From positions 15,992 to 79,991 of the forward strand of contig NMRA01000384.1 in NCBI GenBank assembly GCA_002633005.1: 64,000 nt of DNA, in the 5' to 3' direction. The stretch comes from Phoronis australis. Its lineage: Eukaryota > Animalia > Phoronida. The translations under genes were made by a program, and so were the position numbers. The notes under the pieces were generated by a model. It worked only from the letters and a program-made list of their open reading frames with translations, had not been told where the DNA came from and ran no database searches. Shown here one piece after another: positions 41,501 through 56,500 of the stretch (position 1 is its first letter; every line of letters starts with the position of its first letter).

Positions 41501-44500
41501 CAAGAGGTTGCTGTGACCTGAATGTCGTTTTCATGTCAGGAAGGAGAAAACAAACCGTGACCTGTATATTGAGTAGTGAGGTGGGCAATACTTAGTCTAA
41601 CTGAAGGCTGGGTCTGACAGGTGTACATGCCAGAATGAAATTTATCTAAGCACTACATAATTTTATAAAATAAAAATATATTTTCAACTAGCACGTTCTT
41701 TAGGGTGTGACCAAAGCTTTTAATACATCTAAGAAATTGTTACAATAGAAACTAAATGATCATTAAAGTGCCCATTGCACGAATGCTAATCATTTATATT
41801 TGAACATTAAGAAATCAGCTCAAAATACAGTGCTATTTCACTAATTTTTGACAAAAACAATTCTCTAAATTGAACATTTTTATTTTTCAAGAACTTCTAA
41901 CATTGCATTGAATACAGTTCTTCAAAAGATTTAAATTGTTTTTATTGCTTATTATGCTACAGAACTTGAAAACGATAAAGCATGCAACAAATGAATAGAC
42001 ATGAATTCATACTACCCGTCTTTTATGATAAATTATGACCCACTAAAATTGCCTTGTGTACACACCAAAAATAAACGGACAAAATGACATGGAATTTCAC
42101 GCAACCTGAATTTATGTCTAAAGAAGATGGTCATTATACTCTGGTTATTTTCATGCAATGTCAACAAAACAGACGGATTAAAGCAAATACTATCATTATA
42201 ACTTTGACTCAACTTGTTCCTTACCCAGACGAGAAGCGAAATCTTTCTGGATTTTGCAAAAAACTGAAAGTTCATTATTTCTTGAGACCCCACTTGGCCC
42301 ATAAAATGACGAGCTCGCACAAGCCATTTTGCAGAACCTCGGTCTCAAGCAATAATGGACTGTCAGTTCTTTCCAAGAACTGAAATTTCCTTCAATTTGA
42401 CCGAGGAATAACTTTAGGCCAATTTCATAAAAGATGGTGGCCTAAATCAAAAACTGGTTTAGTGATGCAGACAAGCTTATAATCACTATAAACAACACAT
42501 AATAATTAGAATTAGAAGATATGCAGCACATAAGCGCATATTTAGAAATAGACCCAAATGGATTACTATTCAGAAGACAAACACTATTATAGTTCAATAA
42601 TTAAAGCTGCGTTCAAACCCTCCCTCCATTGGCAGGCTATGTGCTAATGAGCATGACACAAGATGTCTCTTACAGCATTCAGAGGAACCAGTGACATCAT
42701 CATAAAAAGTGTAATACGGGGGGAAATGTAGAATGATTGTATTAAGAGTTTCTTCGATAAACAGCCATGGGAACTGATGTGGCTATCCAATGAAAATGAA
42801 TGAAACAACTAAATGAAATTAACTTACCAATCAATGACGATTTTGCAGTTGCCAGTTCGTCTTTTGTCGTTCTACTGTCACCGACCAAGTTATGTAATTT
42901 CTGCTGAAGATCGCCATCGCGTTTCTTCAATTCTGCAATCTCCAGTTGTAACGTACTCAGCTGAGAGGTGGCAGCACTGTACTCCGTAGCCATCTGTATC
43001 TGGTAAGTCCGAAAAAAAATAAATAAATAAAATAAAATAAATCACTTACATTAATTTAATAAAAAAGAATTTTCTATAACAAACATTAAATAAATTTGAA
43101 TGGAAATAAGTAAAACAAGATAGCAGTAGTTTTCTAAGATTATCAAACTAAATGTGGAGCAAGCACATAGGAGGTATTTTTTATTCCAAACCACTACTTA
43201 ATGTTGCTTGGAGATACAGTTTCTTAGCCCCCAAATGCAAGAGCATTCTAACTGAAAATGCAGTTCAACACAGCCAATGGCAATACAGATAGAAATAATT
43301 ATATGTTCACACAGTGCAAGGAAAATTTCACAGGGTTAGATTAATAAATTTCAGAAACAGTTCAATCCACTGTAAACATTTTTCCGAAAACATTTTTCTG
43401 TAGACATTTTTCATGGCCATTTTTCCATAGTCATTTTTCGTAGACATTTTTCCATAGACATTTTTCCGTAGACATGTTTCCGTAAACATTAGGTTAGACA
43501 AAGGGTTATATTTAAAAAATTTCGACGGTAACAGTTTAATCCACTGCAAACATTTTTCCAAAGATATTTTTCTGTAAGAAAAAGATAGAATTCTTCAAAC
43601 GGTTTCAAAAATAGTCCTAAAATTATCATTTTCATCATTCAAAGGCTTCCTAAATTGCTACAAAATTTTAAAATTTCACCAAATGTTATTTGGAACCATA
43701 CAAGCTACCCTAAATAATCTTTTTGCTATTAACGATTGTCGAGATATTTGACTAAACGTGAAACTCTTTTTTAAACACAATATCATAAACTCAAGTGCGA
43801 TTACCATGACTAATGTTCAATATGAAACGAGCAGATCAAATAGTTCTTACCTTCTCCTGTTCTAGTATGAGAACTCTTGCCTGTGACTGTGCTGCCGTGG
43901 ACTTGAATGTATCATTGCGCTGTTCAAGCATGGTATTACTTTGTTCAACGAACCTGAAACAGAGACAAGTACCAATTACGAAACAGTCTGATGTACCAGC
44001 CATGTAAGAAAAGAGGGTGAAAAGGCAGTGAGTTAGTTACATATTCCTCCACCTAGTACTGTTTATAAAGGGGAAACCACTCGGAACATTCTGGTTTTAT
44101 TTGAGGGACATGATCCGCTTTATGGTCGAAAACATTTTTGGGATCTTTGTTGGATAGGATAAACATCTTGAAGTTCAAAGCTTTGACCTGAGCTATAAAA
44201 CAGTAAAATCTGATGCGTTTTTGAGATTTTATTACAATCACCATTTCTTACATTTTTCCGCCAGACATTTGCTGTCAGAAATAACCTTCCGTTTACCAAG
44301 TGGGGTTTGACTCAGTCACCGCTGACATTGTGGGTCCACTTTGGCATTGTGGGTCCACTTTGGCATTGTGGGTCCACTTTGGCATTGTGGGTCCACTTTG
44401 CATTGTGGGTCCACTTTGACATTGTGGGTCCACTTTGCATTGTGGGTCCACTTTGGCATTGTGGGTCACAGAAGAGAATCAACATTACGTCTGGCCAACC

Positions 44501-47500
44501 CTTTTCATTGCAAATAGTGCCAACAACTGACCACTCATGCTCCATAAAACAACATTTTTGTTTTAGTTTAGGAAAACACCTACTGTTGGTTTCTTTGCAA
44601 CAGCTCGGCAATCTTCTCATTCTGTGACTCAATGCGAGTGCTCTTCTCGAACACGTCACGCTTCACGCGCTCGTTCTCCTGAATGATACGCTGTATATTC
44701 TGCAGCAGAACTCCGGTCTCCAGGGTAGGGGTGTTGGTCTGCAGAGCCATACTGCTGGTGCCAGCACCGTGCAACTGAAGGTGGTCAAGCTGCAAGTCAA
44801 GGCAAGGTCATCAACGCAGCAATGAAAAGCAACACTGAGCTGAAGATACACAATGAAGTTAACATGCAAGCATTAAAGCTCGTGCATCTGTTTGAAAAAA
44901 CGTTTTCTAAAATGTGGTTTTAGCTCAGACGTCTCAAACGTGCCAATATTTCAACTATATGAACAAGATGTGCTGGTGCACGCCTTAACTGGAATGTTTT
45001 AAATTTATTTGTTTCTTACATATTCTTATTAGTTTAAATTCAAGATAGTTTCCTAAAGATGAGATGTAACTAAGCTTTGTAGAAAATTAAGTGTTAATTG
45101 TAAATGTCAATTTTGCCAGAAAGTGGGGACTTCTGCAATCCACAGAGCACAAAAAGTGAAACAGTGATAGCTCACAAACATGCAATGCAATCGAAAGCAT
45201 TACATAGATCAACAAATTATACAAATCTCTCACCTTTTCCTGTACTTTGTCTATTTTATCCGACACTTTGCCAAGAGACAGTCTCAACTCTGTGTTCTGC
45301 TGTCTGGACTCAGACAGTAATACTGTTGTAAGGGTGTCCGACGACTGACTCATAGGCGGGGCGACAGGCTGACCTGGGAAGTACAGATTAAGGCAAGCAA
45401 TTACTACCTTGGTCTAGCCTCATGACATATGTTTACGGCTAAAAATGAAGCATAGCATTTACCATAATTTCGACCATGAAGGATGACGCAGTGAAATTGT
45501 GTTTTTGATGGCCATAAAGAGAATAAAAAAGAACCACGAAAATTTTGTTTAATTATTCTGAATAACACTGTTGGTTTAAACAAAATATGAAAAGTATCAA
45601 GTAAGTTTAGCCAAATGCGACTAAAAACGAACCGTGCAATCACAGCATTGACCAGTGGAAGGAATGTACTTGGACATAAAACTGCAGTTTGTTGCTTATT
45701 TTGCAGAATGCTCTAGCCAAATTGTAGTTTTTTATTTCTTATATTTTTTAAAGATGTACTGAACAGTTACAAATAAAAAAATTGTCACAAGACATTCTTT
45801 TATCACATCGGTACAGCAAAAACATGATCACAACAAAGTAAGAAATTCTCAGAAATTATTTTTCATCAAAATTTTGACAAAATACCACTTATCTGCCATA
45901 CTGCATGTTCAATACATGAATAAGTGCCACGTATTCTTATACAAATTAGCGACTTTACTTTTCCCAAAGTAACCATGGTTACCTGGAAACTGTTGTTGCT
46001 GTGGAAACATGCCGCCATATTGAGGAGGCTGCTGCTGCTGTACTTGTTGCTGTTGGTAACCGTACATGGGGTTGACCTGCTGGAATGGCTGCTGGAATGG
46101 CTGCTGGAAGACAGGAAGTGATCAGTGAAATTACCAGGGAGGAGGAACGGTTCAGTTGACAGACTTTCAAATAGATCTGACATCTAATCCAGCAGCAGAA
46201 TTTTGTGAGCAGTGTAACTTACGGAAGATCGAATCCAGTACGTGTACTCCAGAAAAACAGGACAGCCCTAACTTTGGTCCTCTGTGTACACTGCATGTGT
46301 AAGGGTGAAAAAGTATCAAGGGGCAACTTTTGAATTGGTTCATTTATTGCTCTGCCCCAGCCAAGGGAAGGTCGGGTTCCTCACAGATATTTACAAACTG
46401 TCCAAATATTTTGCCGTGTTTACCCACAATGGTGTAACATCCATCATGTAGTTCTCTAGTCATGTTTCACACCATATTAGTTGCTCAAGCACTTTGTTGG
46501 TGCCTTTTTTCAAATTTTTATCCACTGCATTTATTTAACTATATTCAACCTGCCAATGCCATGGAAGTTTTATTGCTGTGCTGTGGATTGCAATGACAGC
46601 AAGTTGGATAAACGTGTTTTAACAAGTAAGTATCTGACGCGACATTTCCAGACGTGATTCCTCGAATCAACCTGACAACAATGTAACAGTGTATTTCTCT
46701 ACCTCCAGGACTGTCCATTAGACTAAAATAGAAACCACCCCAACTTACTTGAAACTGTTGCATTGGCTGGTAGACCGCTACTTGGGAAGCTGGTGGAGGC
46801 ATGCCTGCAATAGAACAGAGATAATACGAACAATTAGTAATATACAATAATAACACAGTAGGATATGACATATACAAGCATGCACGCATGAACTCATGGA
46901 TGCAGCCACCCCCACACACACGTGTGTATAAAAGCCGGAGATCCTCGAAGGCGAAATTCACTTCATTGAAGACCAATGCAGTGTAAAATACAATTATAAA
47001 AGTAAGCAAACTCTGAAAATGTAAGGCGGCAAATCCAACAGTAAGCAAACTTTCGGGAAGAACAAATAAAAGGCTTGATACTCTTTACTTAACGTGCGAG
47101 AATAAACAATCCAGTCCATGCCTGGTTTGTAATGAACACTTAACATAACTTACAACCGTCCAACTGTACTGTGTATATGTTGCTATGGTTACAGTTGAAT
47201 TTAAAATTAGATGGCACATTTAGAAATTAAAGTGCCAGGATTTTTTTTTTTATGTATTTATTAGAATTAGAAATTAAAGTGCCAGGAAATTTGTAGTAAT
47301 GCACTACGACCGCATTAACCTCTTATACACCACCTATTGGTCACATCCTGCGATCTGATGATTTTAAGTATACATTGTAGGACTTCTGTCCTTACCGAGA
47401 CTAGAACCCAGGACTTTCTAAGCTCTGTACAAAATGAGATGCTCTTATTCACAGTGTAGTCGACTCCAGCAGACAATCAAGTAGGTCCAGTCAGACGTAC

Positions 47501-50500
47501 AATAATAATCAAAAAAGGCTGACAGAATCTTTTTGTTCAAAAACGGTATTTCAAGGAAATTAATGCAGCTAATTTAGAGTCGTTTTTTGCTAACTTTCTA
47601 GCTTTTGCAATGACTTCAACAATTCTAGAAATTACATAATTGTAGTTCAGAACAATTCATACAGTCACACTGATGTATCATAATCACACTTTGAATGTCA
47701 CTCTCTTACTTTGCATTGGCATCTGTGGTTGCTGCTGCTGCTGTTGCATCATGGGATACGCCGCCTGCTGTACATTCATAGGCTGTGTGGCTACCGGCTG
47801 TTCCACATGGGGCTTGTGAGCGATCTTTGGCTTACCGGGGTTACCAGCAGGGGGCACACTGTGCATGACTGGCTCCGGATCCACAGGCTCTGGCGACTGC
47901 TGCAGATAAAAAGCAGACTCACAATTTTTAATGTGCAGTTGATATTACCCATGCAGCATTACTCGTGTTTTTCTACACTTCAACAGCAAGATGAAGTGAA
48001 ATTTTTATGTTAAAATTAAAACAGTAAACAACAGTTTAACAAACAGCTCGTTCAGTCAATCCTACTTTGATATCTTATTTAAATTTACTGATTATCCACC
48101 CATCCTATATACAGTAAACAGTAACTACAATCTATTTCAATTGCAAATACCTAGCAATACTCTACCCATTATAGGTGCAAAGTCACCATAAATTTTTTCA
48201 CTCACTATGTAAAAAGAATCACAACAAGGAATTTCTTTCACGAGGTTATGAACTGCCTTCCATCACAGAATACAACTATAGATTTAGATCACTTGCTGTA
48301 TCGAAACTGGTTTCAAACTGTAACTTATTCAAATTGGAGGTGATTTCAAGGCTTCGAAATAATTGAAAATTCATTATTGCTTGAGACCAGGATGTATAAG
48401 TTGGCGTTTAGCTTAACGCGACGAGTATGGTCTCACGGAATAACGACCTGTCAGTTCTTTGCAAACCTAAACAACGCTTCTCGTCTAATTGATAAACAAT
48501 TTGAGAATAATTTTATAGCCGCAGTAAACAGTAAAAATCAAGAATTTTTTGTTGGACGGAACACGGGTTTACATCTGCTTGAAAATGTACAACTACTGCA
48601 CCCATCTCGTATATACAATCATTGTATGCCAATCTCGTATAAACACTCTATAAAACTCTACCTGTACATGTTCCTCATCCTCTGAACTATCAGGATGGGC
48701 GGGCACACTTCCACTGAACGGTAACATGGGTTTACCCATCTTGGCCATCCGTGAAATCAGCTTGGCCTTACCACTAGTTGGGGACTGCAAGTACGTCATG
48801 CGGGATATAGAAACGACAGGGCAAAATTTTGGTAACGGCAAATTTTTTTCAATTTGAGACAAAAATAATTGGTAATATTGCCATACTTCTATTATTCAGA
48901 GGCTTACCACATTGCTGCACACACCATACAAACCAGTTTAAAACCGCAGAAGAGTTATTTTTGTTGCGAAATTTGACAAAATGAAATAATTACACCTGTC
49001 GTGCATATTTTGTCCCAAACTGAAGAATTTTCATCATAATAAACTAAGCAATGTCCCGTAAAGCCGAGACACTAACCAGCCATTTGGGGAAAGAAATCAT
49101 CACATGAGGAACAGAAGTTGTGAAATCTATCCTATAATTTATGAATTCTATCCCATAATTCATGAATTCTATCACATAATTCATGAATTCTATCCCACAA
49201 TTCAACATTCCAACCTCACCAACCAATCACTTCAATGTCCGCCATTTTGTTAGGTTATCTTAGAATGGTTTCAAACAGACAGGTGAAACACTCACCTTCT
49301 GGAAACATGCCCAACTGTTGTTTTATGACATGAACACCGCACAAAACAATCTAATAGTAAACTATTTTTTTCTCAATATATTCTTTAATTTTGTTGAGAA
49401 TTTTGACAAAAACATTTCACTATAGTCAGCCACATTGTGCTAAATAGGTCAAAAATATTTTCTGTGCCATAGAATAAATACATTTGAACATTAATTACAT
49501 GCTCCTAATACTCTTAGGTATATTTTGTAAGATACATAATAATAAAGAGTAATATATAATAATAATATAAGGTAGATAATTAGGCCAATCAAATACTGCG
49601 GCAATATGCAAATTATAACCAGGCAGAAGAGAGTAAGAGGGAATTTCACAGATAAATAAAAATCAAGTTTAAAAAAACAAGAAAACAGTGCACATGATGC
49701 AAATATAGACTACCCAAATTTTCTTAATATTTAAACTCATTAAACATCATTAACTACAAAAAACAAAGTGTACAAACACATTCCCTGCAAACCTGAGACA
49801 ACTGTTCATTGATTGACTTTGACCTGGCCTTCACCCCGTCATCATCAGGGGTCAGTTTCCCCGTGCTGTCTGTTGACGCCTGCGTCGCTACAACGGGCAC
49901 CTTTACAGGTGTGGACTCATTTGCACTACCTGCCGGTGAAGACGACTGTGCTGAGGGGTTGTCCTTCTCTTTAGCAAGCTTCACCTTCAAGGGTAAGGCA
50001 GAAAATGATAACTGAGAGCCACTGAATACTATTCACCATGTTTCAAAAGGTATTATAGATTACATTCAATTGTTACCATGGTTTACTTATTAATTAAAGT
50101 GTGCACCAGTCCAACTTTAAACCAAGGGTCACACTTCTTCAAATACCTTTCAGTTTTTAGTTTTCAACCCAAGAATATCAATATTTCAAAATCATCGATG
50201 GATTTTTTACTCATTTTTCTAATTTGCTTAACTTCCACAAAAATTTTGCTCCAGAAGAGATTTCATTGCTTTTCTCTGCAAGATGGAGTATTTAATAATA
50301 TCATGGCAAAACTTTCATAATATATTCGGACATGAAATAAGTGCAGTAGATGTTTTGCCTGCAGCAGTCAATACACATCTACACTGAACAACATGATGTC
50401 ACAATCTCACAAAAGTACCCAGTTCATTTCCCATTCATTCATTAAACACAAGCTGAATGTGATCAAATATTCACGGTACCCACCCTCACAACTTGTACAT

Positions 50501-53500
50501 CGAACACCAGTGTAGAGTTTGGAGGCACTCGGCTGCCCGCGCCTTGAGCACCGTACGCCAGTGAGGGAGGGATGATCAGAATACGGCGGCCATTCTTTCG
50601 CATTCCCAGCATGCCCTCATCCCATCCCTGTGAGAAGACAATACTGAATTACAAAAACACCAACACCACGATAAGAAAAACTGACGTTTAATACATCCAA
50701 GCTGCTGCTCCACTTATACTGCACAAAAATAATTGCCAAAATGGTCACTTCCGTTTTTCAAAGCTTGGTTATCTTTTTACAAAAACCATGGGAGTTTTAG
50801 AAAATTAATGTTCTTTTATGACACTTAACAACACTACAATCCATTGTAGTAATAGTCCAAAATGTTCTTGATCTTTTTGTGGAGAAATTTCACAAAATAG
50901 AATTTCACTTGTCGGCCATGTTGCATGCTAAATAAGTGAAAAATTACCATAACATGTGAAATGTCTTCGTTACTCGAAACAAAAAGTCGTTCTTATGCAA
51001 GACCCTTAGAAATATGTCCAAATTTGGTCAACTTTGTTACACCATACCTCAGAAACGGCAAATCCGATTCACGTGAAATTTTCACTGTTCTCTAAAGCAC
51101 CGTTAGGAATTGCTTTCAAAATGTACCGGTTTTCCATACAAAAATAGGACTTTTATAGTTTTCATGAAATCGCATTAGTTGTACAAAATGAAAATGACAT
51201 GATTTAGAAAACTGTAACAGCATTTTTGTGACACCATCTTGAACATCAAGTGAAATTTAGTCAAAGATATGCTAATGATGCCCTTTCTTTCTTTTTCCGT
51301 AAATTTTAATATAGACATGGTCACGTGACCCATTTAATAGCAGACTGGTATAAAGTAAAAATCCAATTCTACAATCTTTCTACTTTCCGAAAATACTAAT
51401 ATACTTCTTCCAAGTTAAAATTTATAGTTTTGTGTACATTTGGCTTAATTGACACGGTCCTAAACAACCGTGAAAAAACGCTTTTAAGCATTTTAATGTA
51501 TTTTAAAAAATGCTTTGGTCACATATCAGGTAATGCTCAGGCAATCCTGCCGATGAATTATATGCCAAAGCCTAGCAATTTTTTATGGCACCGATTGCAT
51601 CGAAAGTGAATTTTGACAATGCCACCTTGCCGGCGTTTCCGATCATCTCCCAACTGTTGGCCGACATGACAATTCCCTGCTTCAAACTCGTCTAGTGACG
51701 TCAGAAGGCCCATGTGACCCACCCACTACTTCAATACAGGTATTAACACTACAGGAATGGTGTCAACACATCTCCAAAGGACTGACTAGTCCAGCCAGAT
51801 TGATGGCTTTTTGTGCCCATCTTACTTGATCGATACTACGAATAATCAAATTGGTTGCAAAAGTCTTCTCTATGATGGTATTTAAAGGTTAAACACACAT
51901 TGTGTAAAAGTAACGTGATTTTACAACTTGCGCTTCACGAAGTAAAAAGGAAAGCATATCAGAATCAAAATTATTTCGCGAAAAGGTTTACTATATAACA
52001 AGATGCCTATCGCCGTAAATGGCTCATTACAAAACATTATCAAATTTCTAACATTATCAACTACTTAAAGCTATTACTTTGAAGTGAGTAAAGAGCAGAT
52101 AGCGTTTGGTAAGTTGGACATCCAACTTACCTTGATAACCTTTCCTTTGCCCACTTTGAAACGGAATAACTTGTCTGCTTCAACATTGGAATCAAAAACC
52201 TGAAAAATTAAAAATCTGACACCAAATGCTAAATACTACAATAACTGAATTGGCACAATTTTAAGAAATTGGTGAAATCCTTTCAAACAAGCAATGATAG
52301 TCGCAATTGTTCTTCGTCACCACTTTTTGCATTTAAATCCAAGCTTGTCTAAATACATTGCAGTCTCAGCAACAACTGCTCTGTAAACACGAATAATATT
52401 GACCTAGCTTGGTTACTTTCTAATACTGAGGGCTTGCATGATAGATTTTTGCCTGAGTGGTAGTTGCCAGTAATGACTGAAACCATGGTCGTTAGTGAGA
52501 TTTAGTCAATTGCTGCGTTTCTAAGATAAAACTGGTCCTGTTGGAGTCGCCTTTCACATGAGTAAGACCTCTGTAGATTTTGTCACACTGCATACCAGCA
52601 ATTACTTTTAGCCTATAGGTGATATCTTGTCCAGTTTGCCTCTCACACCAGGGACCTCTGTAGGAGTTTTGCTACACTATATTTTGGACTATAGGTGGTC
52701 CCTTGGTTCCTCCAGCAACATTCACACCAAGGACCTCTAAAGGAATTTTGCTGCACTACATACCTGACCCAGAGTGTTGTTAGTAAGCAGCCACCCAGTG
52801 TACTTGACCTCAGCTGAGTCACCGACTTCCAGAGCTCCGCCCTCTCCCAGAAGGGTGTCTTGACTGACAACTGCATTCAACGAGGGACCAGCACTGTTTG
52901 CCTTCGCCAGAGCCACCTGGTGAATGATTAAGACACCCGATTTGAATTTATTTTTCCCATTTATTAAAAACCAGTGTCTGCTAATTCAATAAGTAGTATC
53001 CAGCTAACATCGATGAAATCTGTTTTAAATTTTACGGAATTTGACAAAAAGTTTGCCTTTTTCCCCCAAATTAATGTCAGTTGTTTTCTCTGCAGTCATA
53101 TCTTACTGTATCATAACAGAAATAGATTTCTATTTTGGTTATTTTTAGCTTTAAATCTTCTAAACAACATACTGGGTCATGTTGGAACTTCAAGTGACAG
53201 TATCTTTTTTCTAAGTTGCAACTCAACAATAACTTTTCCAAATTACATGCTTCCTTGACCAAATGGATTGCTTGTAATATGTCATTTCCACTGTCAAATC
53301 AACCATTTTACCTGCTTGGCAAATTCCATTCCAGTCTCGGGCTTCTCAAACATGACTGACCAGCTCTGACGGGCATCGTCATAGAAACTGCCATAGTTGT
53401 TGGCTTGGATCTAAATAGAACATTAGAAACAAACATGATGGTGACTTAGATCTGCCTACATCACCACAGAAACGATGGTTTTTGGCTTCATGGATCTTAA

Positions 53501-56500
53501 CACAACATTGCTGCACCATAGAATGGGTTTAAATCTAAACAAAACAATGTTATTCATAGAAACTATGTCACTGATAATAGTTGACTCCTATCTGAACACA
53601 AAATCAACACAGAAACCCTGATGGCAACACACAGAACTTACCATCAGTTGTAAGCAAGTTTAACAGTGTTGAAATCAATGAAATGTACGTCAAAATACAG
53701 GCGTTCAGCAAAGATTCAACTTGTATGCATTTGACCTCAAGTCTTATTGTACGGAAAAATTTAACTTAGGGAAAAGGTAACAACCTAACCTATTGTTAAG
53801 TGTTCCTGTGACTATTTGTTAGAGCTCACAAGTCACAACAAACAAATTCATCTATCACAAGCTCCGCCCCCTTGTGAAAAGTGGACAAACAATAAGTTTT
53901 ACCCGGCAATGTGTTGTTTGTCGGGTAAAATGGCAGCTTGGAAACGAAGGTGTGTCAAGAATGGTCGTTCTGATTGGTCAGTTACGCCGTCACTCAAAAT
54001 CCTGGCGATAGGTCAATAATGTACACCGTCACTAAAGCCCAGTGGAACTACTTTCATCAACGGGTATCAAAGGTTTTTTAACTAAGTCCTTTTTGGCTAA
54101 TATTTATTGTATTTCATTGGAAAAAAAATTCCAAAATGATTTTTCAGAAGTCAAAACAGATAAAAAAATCACAAATGTTCTTACACGACAGTCTAGATTA
54201 TTTCAGCCAGTGGTTTATCACTGGAAGTCATCACTAATGCAGTAATAGCCCAGCTCCACACAAAATAAGTTAGATCATTGTTCCTGACGTAGAACAGTTC
54301 TGTCTACCGCCAGCTGTGTCTGTTGACAACATACACACGACCACAGTATGGGCCAAGTTTCTAATATTGGTGTGAACTTACAGAGAAGGTAAATTTCGTG
54401 TTAACATACGGAGAAAGTGAATGTTGGTGTTAACTTACAGAGAAGATGTTTAAACTTATCGAGAAAGTAATTGGTTTTAACTTATGGAGAAGGCAAGTGT
54501 TGGTGTGAATTTACAGAGAAAGTAAATGTTGGTGTGGACTTACGGAGAAGGCAAATGATGGTGTTATCTTGGCATTGGTCACTTGTTGCTGTTTGCTGAC
54601 GTACAGCAGAATCTTGTACTAGAAAGGTAAAAGTACAATAGGCAGAGCTATTACCAATTTATCTGTAATCAAAAATTATAACAGACTACTACTATCATTA
54701 TTATTTATGTTACCCACAAACAGCACTTGACAAGATAACATTCAGCAAGAGAGAAGAACAACGTAAATTAAATAACACTTCATTTCAACAAAAATAACGT
54801 CTTTCGGTAACTCTCTAAGAAAATTGTAGAAACTGAAGTTCACTATAACGAAATGAACTTGACGTATACAGTACAGTTGGCTTGGTACTTTGGAATGTAA
54901 GCGAGTGAATATGGACAACCAGCCGCATTGCAATGTTGTTTGACTGTAACTCACCTATGTGCTAAGCGCTCTAAAACTATTACAATAAAAGCTGAATTTC
55001 GGTGATGCTTAGAAGTCAATATTAAATTCTCGTCCGGAGTGCTTTGGGTTTAAAAACACTTTCTACCCTCATCCAACTATGAATTACTACAAAATGAGCC
55101 GGAAACTCAAGTCCCATTCAATATGTATACATGTGTTACTCTTGAATTCGCAATTTTAGGGTTGGCAAACCTCAATAACTGCTGAAAGGTTTTATCAAGT
55201 CGCTGACAATTTCAAAGTTTTTGTAGGAAAGTGAGTAGAGTCATAGCATGGAATATACCGAGACAGGTTTTATGAGAGTAAAAGGCCCAATTCGATTTTT
55301 GTTTCTCGCCAGATGAAAGGGGTGAAATGCAGATTGGATAACACACTTATAGTACAATAAGAGAAATTTATTTAACGTTAAGTCCACTGAAACCAAATTG
55401 TGTTATTCATAACTTAAACTTCCTTGTCCTAGCTATGAACTGAAACGAACCTTAGAACACAAAGAATACTCTCAAATACTTTGAACAGTCTAGTGATATC
55501 ATTTTCTGACAAAAATCATCAAATAAAGACCCGTATAGCAAATAGCAATTTACTGACTACAAAGCTTAGAAAAATTTAGTCTTACATCAAGAGTTGAGTG
55601 TGTAGATAATATGGCTGCTCCAACTTTTCCTTGACTGGTATGCTGGTTATCCACACTGGAATGCATAAACAATGGTCAGCTGACAATTGATCTTATGGGA
55701 GACTTAAAATATGCTAGACCAGAATAGGTAAAAATGTTTGGCTTGGCCAGTACAAGTTTTGAAGAAAATACAAATGTTACAACCGTGGTTAACTTTCTGT
55801 TCATATCCAGGTAACATTCACTTTCAGGGGTACTGCATTTTGAGAACCATTTTTCTCCACTGAATAACAGGTATCAAACTGGTTCTCTAATTCTGGGGAC
55901 TGCTGTAAGTGACTGCCCATCCCTGGCTTAATAGGATCAAGTATACGCGCCTGAAGTCGCAGGACCAGCAATGGGTACGGTAAAAAATATTCAGTTTGGG
56001 ACACCAAAATTCAAGTTGAAATTAAATTTGCTCGATTCTGAAGATTAGAACATGGCTGACTTTACTTTCATCATATATCCTTACACGGATCCGAATTGAC
56101 ACGAGCGGAATTCCGAGAATCAGAATGAGAATTCACTAAGTAACTGACATTTGGTATTTAAAAATGGATAACTGGTTCTCAAACTTTGTAATGTCGAGCT
56201 CAGTATAATGAATTATAGCCCAGTTATGGGCAGTAATCCCTCCACACTCTCACAGGTAGCAAGAAAAATGATGCAATGTACTTACTATTTATATGCGTGC
56301 ACAGCTGTGGCGTAGGTGACTACTGGAGCTGCTGCCCCCTGTTGAGCTGGAGAAGCTTCTAAAAAGAGAGGAATGATATTTTAAACATATCATTTCTAGG
56401 ATTGAATCAGGCTTAAAATTACCGGATAATTAAGGCAAAGAAACTTTCAGTCTCTTCAGTGAAGTGCTTTTGTCTTACGTTTTGCGTCAAGCTAAAAGAG

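Noticed and set aside
32215-44467. Minisatellites (28, 20, 14 and 19 bp) as possible CRISPR arrays
   Set aside because: Head-to-tail units without unique spacers, no cas genes, and a eukaryotic intronic context.
44307-44659. ORFs with [10 protein letters not shown] / QSGPTM repeats
   Set aside because: Translation of the 19-bp minisatellite plus off-frame overlap with FKBP15 exon 16.
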